DNA of 64,000 bases from Eledone cirrhosa (lineage: Eukaryota). The notes under the pieces are model-generated. The model saw only the letters and a list, made by a program, of their open reading frames with translations, was not told where the DNA came from and searched no databases. A program made the translations under genes and the position numbers. Every line of letters begins with the position of its first letter. The stretch's first letter is position 1. Shown in pieces: positions 57,963 through 64,000 of this stretch. The stretch is taken from positions 102,548,001 to 102,612,000 of the forward strand of contig OZ024740.1 of NCBI GenBank assembly GCA_964016885.1, in the 5' to 3' direction.

Positions 57963-58141
57963 GTAGTTAACAGGCTTAAGTTTGGTTAAAATCTTTGCTA
58001 GAATGGTTAACCCAATGTACAAGATGTTAGTTCAGAGCTAAGGCATGTAACTCAGTGAACAAATGTTGGTTAATACGAACATTAAAATGGTGAACTCAGT
58101 GTACAGTTGTTAGCAGTTTAATAACCTGGATATAATGGTGG

Positions 58142-61055
58142 ATCATCATCATCATCATCATCACCGTTTTACGTCTGTTCTTCCATGCTAGCTTGGGTTA
58201 GACGAGTTGTCCTGCTGTGGGCAGTGTCCACTTGGCTGACCATGCCTTGCTCATACAGGAACTGATTTTGGCTTGATTTCTACAGCTGGATGCCCTTCCT
58301 AACACCAACCTCATTTACAGTGAGTGCTGGGTGCTTTTTTCCGTGGCGCCTACACGTCCACTTTACAGTGTGGGCTGGGTGCTTTTTTGCCATGGCACCT
58401 CCACGACCACTTTGCATATTGTCTATATGCTTCAGCTTGTACCCATGGGAGGTCGGGTACTCTGTATTACTGAGTGACGCCAGAGGTCACGGTCGTGTGT
58501 CATCGCCTTTGAGAGGTGTAATTGGGTAAGGTCGGCTTTTATCACCTCATCCCATGTCTTCTTGTGTCTCCCCACTCCGCGGTTTCCATTGACTTCTAGT
58601 GCTCTGCGCCTTTTTATGCAGCTGTCATCCTTCATACGCATCACATGTCCATACCAACGCAACCACCTCTCCTGCACACAGCATTTGATTCCTCTTATGT
58701 TCAGTCTCTCTCTCAATTCATTTATGCTTTGCCATTCGCATATATTACTATTACACATCCATCGGAGCATGCAGGTTTCGTTTCTTTCTAATCTACGTAA
58801 GTCTTCCACCTTCAGCGCCCAGGTCTCACTACCATTGTAACATAGCTGTTCGTATACACGCTTCATACAGTCTGCCTTTCATTTTGAGGGAAAAGTCTTT
58901 TGCAGCTAGCAGTGGCAGTAGTTCCCTGAACTTCTTCCATTCCGTTCTTACCCTAGTTATTGTACTTTCTGAACATCCACCTCCGCTGCTAATTCGGTCA
59001 CCTAGGTAGCAGAAGCTGTCTACTGTCTCTACAGAGCCCTCCCAGAGATTGATGGTACTTGTTTCCTGTGGCTGTTTGCTGCTTGCTGTCTCAGCACAGC
59101 TGCCACATGTGAAACCTACATTCTTAATTAAGCTTCCTGAGATCCCATTACATCTCTTGTGTACCCATTGTTTGCTTTTGGGGCAGAGAATGGAGTTCCT
59201 ACCTACACCTTTCCTACATACTGAGCAAGGCCATTTCCCTGAGGGGATCTGGGTTCTGTTTTCTCGTCTACTTACAAGGACCTTAGTCTTTGTCAGGTTG
59301 ACTTTGAGACCCTTTCTTTCTAGTCCCTGCTTCCAAGTTTGGAATTTCTTCTCTAGTTCTACCATAGATTCAGCTATAAGTGCGAGGTCATCTGCATACA
59401 GGAGTTCCCATGGGCATCCGGTCTTAAACTCCTCCGTTATTGCCTGCAGGACTATGATGAACAGGAGAGGGCTAAGAACAGAGCCCTGGTGGACCCCAAC
59501 CTGTACGCTAAATTCCTCGCTATACTCATTGCTAATCCTAACTTTGCTGACTGCTCCCCTATACATGGCTTGTACAGCTTTCACAAGCCATTCATCTACT
59601 CCTAGTTTTCTAAGAGCCCACCAGATTATAGCACATGGAACTCTGTCAAAGGCTTTCTCGAGATTGACGAATGCCAGGTAGAGTGGCTTACTTTTAGCTA
59701 GGTACTTTTCCTGTAACTGCCTCACAAGGAAGAGGGCATCAGTGGTGCCTTTTCCTGGTACAAACCCAAATTGCATCTCATCTAGTTTCACCCGGTCCAT
59801 AATCAACTGTGCTATAACTCTTTCTGTTACTTTCATGACCTGGTCCATCAGCTTTATACCTCTATAGTTTCCTCTATCTAGTGCATCACCTTTACCTTTG
59901 TAGCAGTTGACAATGATGCTACTGCACCAATCTTTTGGTATGACACCTTCTAGTATTACCTGGTTAACAATACGTGTAGTTATAGTGTGACCTACAGACC
60001 CAGGTGCCTTCAGCATCTCAGCAGCTATACCCGATGGACCGGTTGCCTTCCCCATCTTCATATCTTTGATTGCCTTACTTACTACGCTACTGCTGGCCCC
60101 TCTATAGGGTCTACTTGAGGTAGGGTCTCTTCTTCCCATGCATTCTCCTCATTTAGTAATCTATCATAATGGCTCTTCCATGCATCTTTCTTCTCAGCAC
60201 TTGTGAGGGCAAGCTCACCTTTATCATTCCAGATACACTTCTCTCCAATGCCATCACAATTCTCTCTGACACACTGCCTCGCAATCTTGAACACTTCCTG
60301 TTTCTGGTCCTCACGTTGCAAAACATGCTTGAATTTTCTATCCTCTGCTTCCCTCCTAGCTAAGTACACTTGTCTCCTAGCTTCCCTCCTGGTCTCTATG
60401 TAATGTACCCTGCTTCCCCCATTCTTCCATTCTTTCCATGCCTGTCTCTTGGCCTTAACTGCCTCATCTACCTTATTGTTCCACCACCAAGTCACTCTCC
60501 TCCTGCTTGTGGTCTTACTCCAGTCACAGATCTCATCCGTCGCCTCTAGTAAGTTATTTTTTAGGAACTCCCAGTGCTCTTCTACATTGAATGTCTCTAT
60601 CTGTTCTTCTTTACTGTCATAGGTGTCGAGTAAAATATCTTTAAATCTGTTACTGGCTGAGGGGTCTTTCAGCTTCCAGATCTTTCTTCTCCAGGTTGCC
60701 TTCTGTTTCCAGGTTTGTCTAGTTCTGACCATGAGGTCGCTGACAACTAAGCTATGTTGGGAGGTACATTCCTCACTAGGGAAGGCTTTTGTGTTTACGA
60801 CTGTCCATCTGTCACGTCCTCCGATGAGGATAAAATCTATCTGACTAGAATGCTCCCCTGATCTATAAGTGATCAGGTGGTTGTCAGGTTTTTTGAAGTT
60901 TGTGTTACATATCATTGGCGTCGCAGAATTCTAGAAGTCTGAATCTTTCTTCATTTCTTGTGCCAACCCCATGGCCTCCATGGACTCTATTGAAGCCGTC
61001 ACAGTGTTTACCTACGTGTCTGTTAAAATCTCCTGCAATGATTAGGAAGTCATAG
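58142..61055 (-). mobile_element. Long RTE subfamily A copy (part of APE, RT, PHD-like finger, 3' UTR), three frameshifts
   Basis: AGDFNRHVG, SQIDFIL, SQHSLVV, NYRGIKL, QFGFVPGKGTTDA, GVHQGSVLSPLLF, YADD across ORFs 60905-61162, 60082-60915, 58829-60139, 58432-58866. Confidence 0.93.
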
Positions 61056-61207
61056 TAAGAACAATTAATTACACTGGAAATTATGCCAGCATTATGAAAT
61101 ACCAACAGAAAAAAGATGGTACAAACACACACCAGAAAAAGTGTTAGAGAATGATAAAGCAACCATTCTCTGAGTATGCCAATACATACAGACAGAGATA
61201 TGATAAA

Positions 61208-61752
61208 ATAATAATAATGAAATTATTGTGTACAGTGCTCAGGTCCATACGACTCATCAAAGGTGCATGTATAGTACATAGAGTAATGTACAAATGTCAG
61301 GAAAGTGAACAGTGAATGAGTCATGATATACATGTGTATGGAGGGGGGATATCAGGTGTAGTGTTGGCGAATTTCAAGAAGCATGGAAGTTTTAAAGGAT
61401 GCAGTATCTCGGCAGCTAACAACTGATGCAGGTAGTTTGTTCCATGCTTCAGTAAGTCTGAGCGTGAAAAAATGTTTCCGAAAGTCATGGGAGCTGTGCT
61501 GTCTTCTGACTTTGTTAGACACATGAAATTCAAAAAGGTGCTCAGGGTTGTTGTTAGCAAGATGGGTGGCAGAGCTTCAATGTATCCATGCCCAGAGAAG
61601 CAAAGCGTTCAGAGTATGGTAGATGCCTGATGTAGTGTATTCACTTGGTTGCATGTCTCTGAACAGTTTCCAGGAGGTCAATGTTCTGAGCAAGATAGGG
61701 TTCCAGACTGTTGATGCATATTCTAAGTGTGAACGTACTATAGTTATATAGA
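61208..61752 (-). mobile_element. CR1-clade 3' fragment with small deletions
   Basis: Homologous to 20870-21610. Confidence 0.85.
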
Positions 61753-61756
61753 GTTG

Positions 61757-62437
61757 TGTAATACACGAATGTCAAAACATAAACGAACTGAGAAATTATG
61801 AATAAAAGGGATCAGATGCTGTTTACTTGAGAGGAATTTACTTTGGTATGGTCATGTGATACACATGAAAGATGACAGCTGTATAAAAAAATGCAGGGCG
61901 ATCAAAATTGATGGAAGTTACGGAGTAGATAGACCCAGAAAAACCTGGGACGACATGATAAAATATGACCTTGCACACTTACACCTCTCTAAGACAAGGT
62001 CACTGGATCGAGACCTTTGGCACTATGCAGTAGTATGGAAGACCCGCCTTCCCTACGTGCAAAGTTAACCTACAGTCAGTAGGCACCTCTTAACCAAATA
62101 TACACCCCTACTCCATCCTCCTGCTCCTACCAACCACCACCCTTTCTCTGTAAAGTATGTTGGAACCACAAAACATCCAGTCCAAACTAAAGAGGTTGTG
62201 TAGGTGTCACAATGAAAAGCACCCAGTCCAGGCTGTAAAGTGGTTGTGTAGGAGACACAGTAAAAAGGCTCCAGTCTACACTGTAAATGTAGTTGGTGTT
62301 AGGAAGGGCATCCAGCTGTAGAAAACCTACACGAGCGAGACACAGTCACCCGATCAATCTAGCCTCAAGTGGGACAATTCCCATCTAACCCATGCTAGCG
62401 TGGAAGATAGACGTTAAACGATGATGATGATGATGAT
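61757..62437 (+). mobile_element. RTE subfamily B 3' fragment
   Basis: WYGHVIHMKDDSCIKKC..RPRKTW; (gat)n tail. Confidence 0.85.
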
Positions 62438-62446
62438 AATGATATA

Positions 62447-63682
62447 TCTAAGACTAAAGTTCTAGTTTGTAGGAAAGAAAATAAGGCGGCGGTCCCTTCT
62501 GGGAAATGGTCGTGCTCGGTGTGTAGGAAAGGCGTAGGTAGAAACTCCATTTTATGTCCTAAATGCAAAGTATGGGTGCATAAAAGATGTAGTGGGATCA
62601 CAGGTAAGCTAACTAAGAACATAGATTTTACATGTGGGCGGTGCTCTGGCACAATAAGTAGCAGCAAGTGCCCACAGAATACTAGCTCTTTCAACTGCGC
62701 AGAGGGTTCTATAGAAATAGTGGACAGCTTCCGTTACCTGGGCGATAAAATCAGCAGTGGGGGAGGGTGCTCTGAAAGTACTGTAGCTAGAGTCAGAACT
62801 GGTTGGAAAAAGTTCAGAGAGCTTATACCACTATTAGCTGCTAAAGGGTTCTCCCTAAAAATGAAAGGCAGGTTGTACGATGCCTGCATACGAACAGCAA
62901 TGTTGCATGGCAGTGAGACCTGGGCATTGTGTGCAGAGGATATACGCAGACTAGAGAGGAACAAAGCTTGCATGCTCCGCTGGATGTGTAACAGTAATAT
63001 ACGTGAACGGCAAAGCATAAACGAACTAAGGAAAAAATTAGAAATAAGAGGGATCAGATGTTGTTTACTCGAGAGAAGGCTACGTTGGTATGGACACGTG
63101 ATGCGTATGAAAGTCGATAGCTGTATAGTGCAGGGCAATAAAGATAGACGGTAGCCACGGAATAGGCAGACCTAGAAAAACCTGGGACGAGCTGATAAAC
63201 TCCGACCTCACACACTTACACCTCACCAAGACAATGTCACTGGACCGAGACCTTTGGCGGTACTCAGTAACAGAGAAGATCCGCCTTACCTAAATACATA
63301 GTAAAACCTACTACAGCCAGTAGGCATCTCTAACAAAATACACCCCGTCCCACCACCACCACCCCCACACCACCCCGTTCTATGTAAAGTTATGTTGGTG
63401 CCGCGCCATCCAGGCCGAAACAAATGAGATCGTGTAGGTGTCACGACAAAAAAACACACAGTCCACGCTGTAATGTGGCCGTGTAGGCAACACGGTAAAA
63501 ACCTCCCAGACCCACACTGTAAATGTGGTTGGTGTTAGGAAGGGCATCCAACTGTAGAAAACCTGCCAGATAGTCCTATGCGAGCAAGACAATCACTCTT
63601 GCCTCAAGTGGGACTACCCCCGTCCAAACCCATGCAAGCGTGGAACACGGACGTTAAACGTTGATGATGATGATGATGATGA
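62447..63682 (+). mobile_element. RTE subfamily B 3' fragment, head-to-tail after the previous copy
   Basis: ORF 62519-63154 with PHD-like finger and GSETW motif; (gat)n tail. Confidence 0.9.
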
Positions 63683-63781
63683 TATATATTAGTAGAAATA
63701 GAAGCTTTCACTGTATTTTGACTAAATAAATCAATATATATACATTTATACACACACACATGTATATATATATGTATAGAA

Positions 63782-64000
63782 CCATGTGCATCACAAGTCC
63801 ATACCATCGCAGTCTTCTCTCCCGCACACTACAACTTATCCCTCTAATACACAGTTTCAATCTCAACTCATCTATGCTTGGTCATTCACGCACACTGACA
63901 TTACACATCCAATATAGCATGCTTTCATTTCTCTTCAGCTGTCGCATATCCTCTGCAGTTGTCTCACTACCATGCAGCATCGCGCATCTCACATAGGCAT
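63782..64000 (-). pseudogene. RTE fragment of a further subfamily, running off the window
   Basis: Minus strand AMLHGSET..EDMRQLKRNESML..RRLRWYGLVMHM. Confidence 0.75.

Overview
AT-rich eukaryotic, repeat-saturated window with no intact multi-exon host gene visible. The SINE/LINE families and kilobase-long (TA)n/(TATG)n arrays are most consistent with a coleoid cephalopod such as Octopus (inference, not checked). Nearly all long Y/I/M/C/V/H/T-rich ORFs in the track are microsatellite artefacts. Real coding remnants are transposon-derived: a full-length but disabled L1/Tx1-clade element (26.2-31.8 kb) in a (GATA)n-punctuated head-to-tail stack, many RTE-clade LINE copies (with a PHD-like finger; another family ends in three zinc fingers), CR1-clade fragments, Penelope-like (PLE) GIY-YIG and RT fragments, and an internally deleted mariner. 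Non-coding elements include tRNA-derived SINEs, a non-autonomous Helitron, piggyBac-like MITEs, a solo LTR, two minisatellites and two 2.5-2.6 kb tandem duplications. The most interesting signal is a set of minimal type-I hammerhead ribozyme motifs from six apparently unrelated sequence families (about 14.2, 25.4, 39.7, 40.4/40.7, 44.2 and 48.2/50.9 kb). Most have a palindromic stem III and lie in short ORF-less units that are terminally redundant and/or capped by an inverted copy, in or beside (TA)n tracts. They are candidate retrozyme-like / PLE-mobilised RNAs. All folds were read by eye, several cores are degenerate, and element boundaries are approximate unless a TSD or TIR is given.
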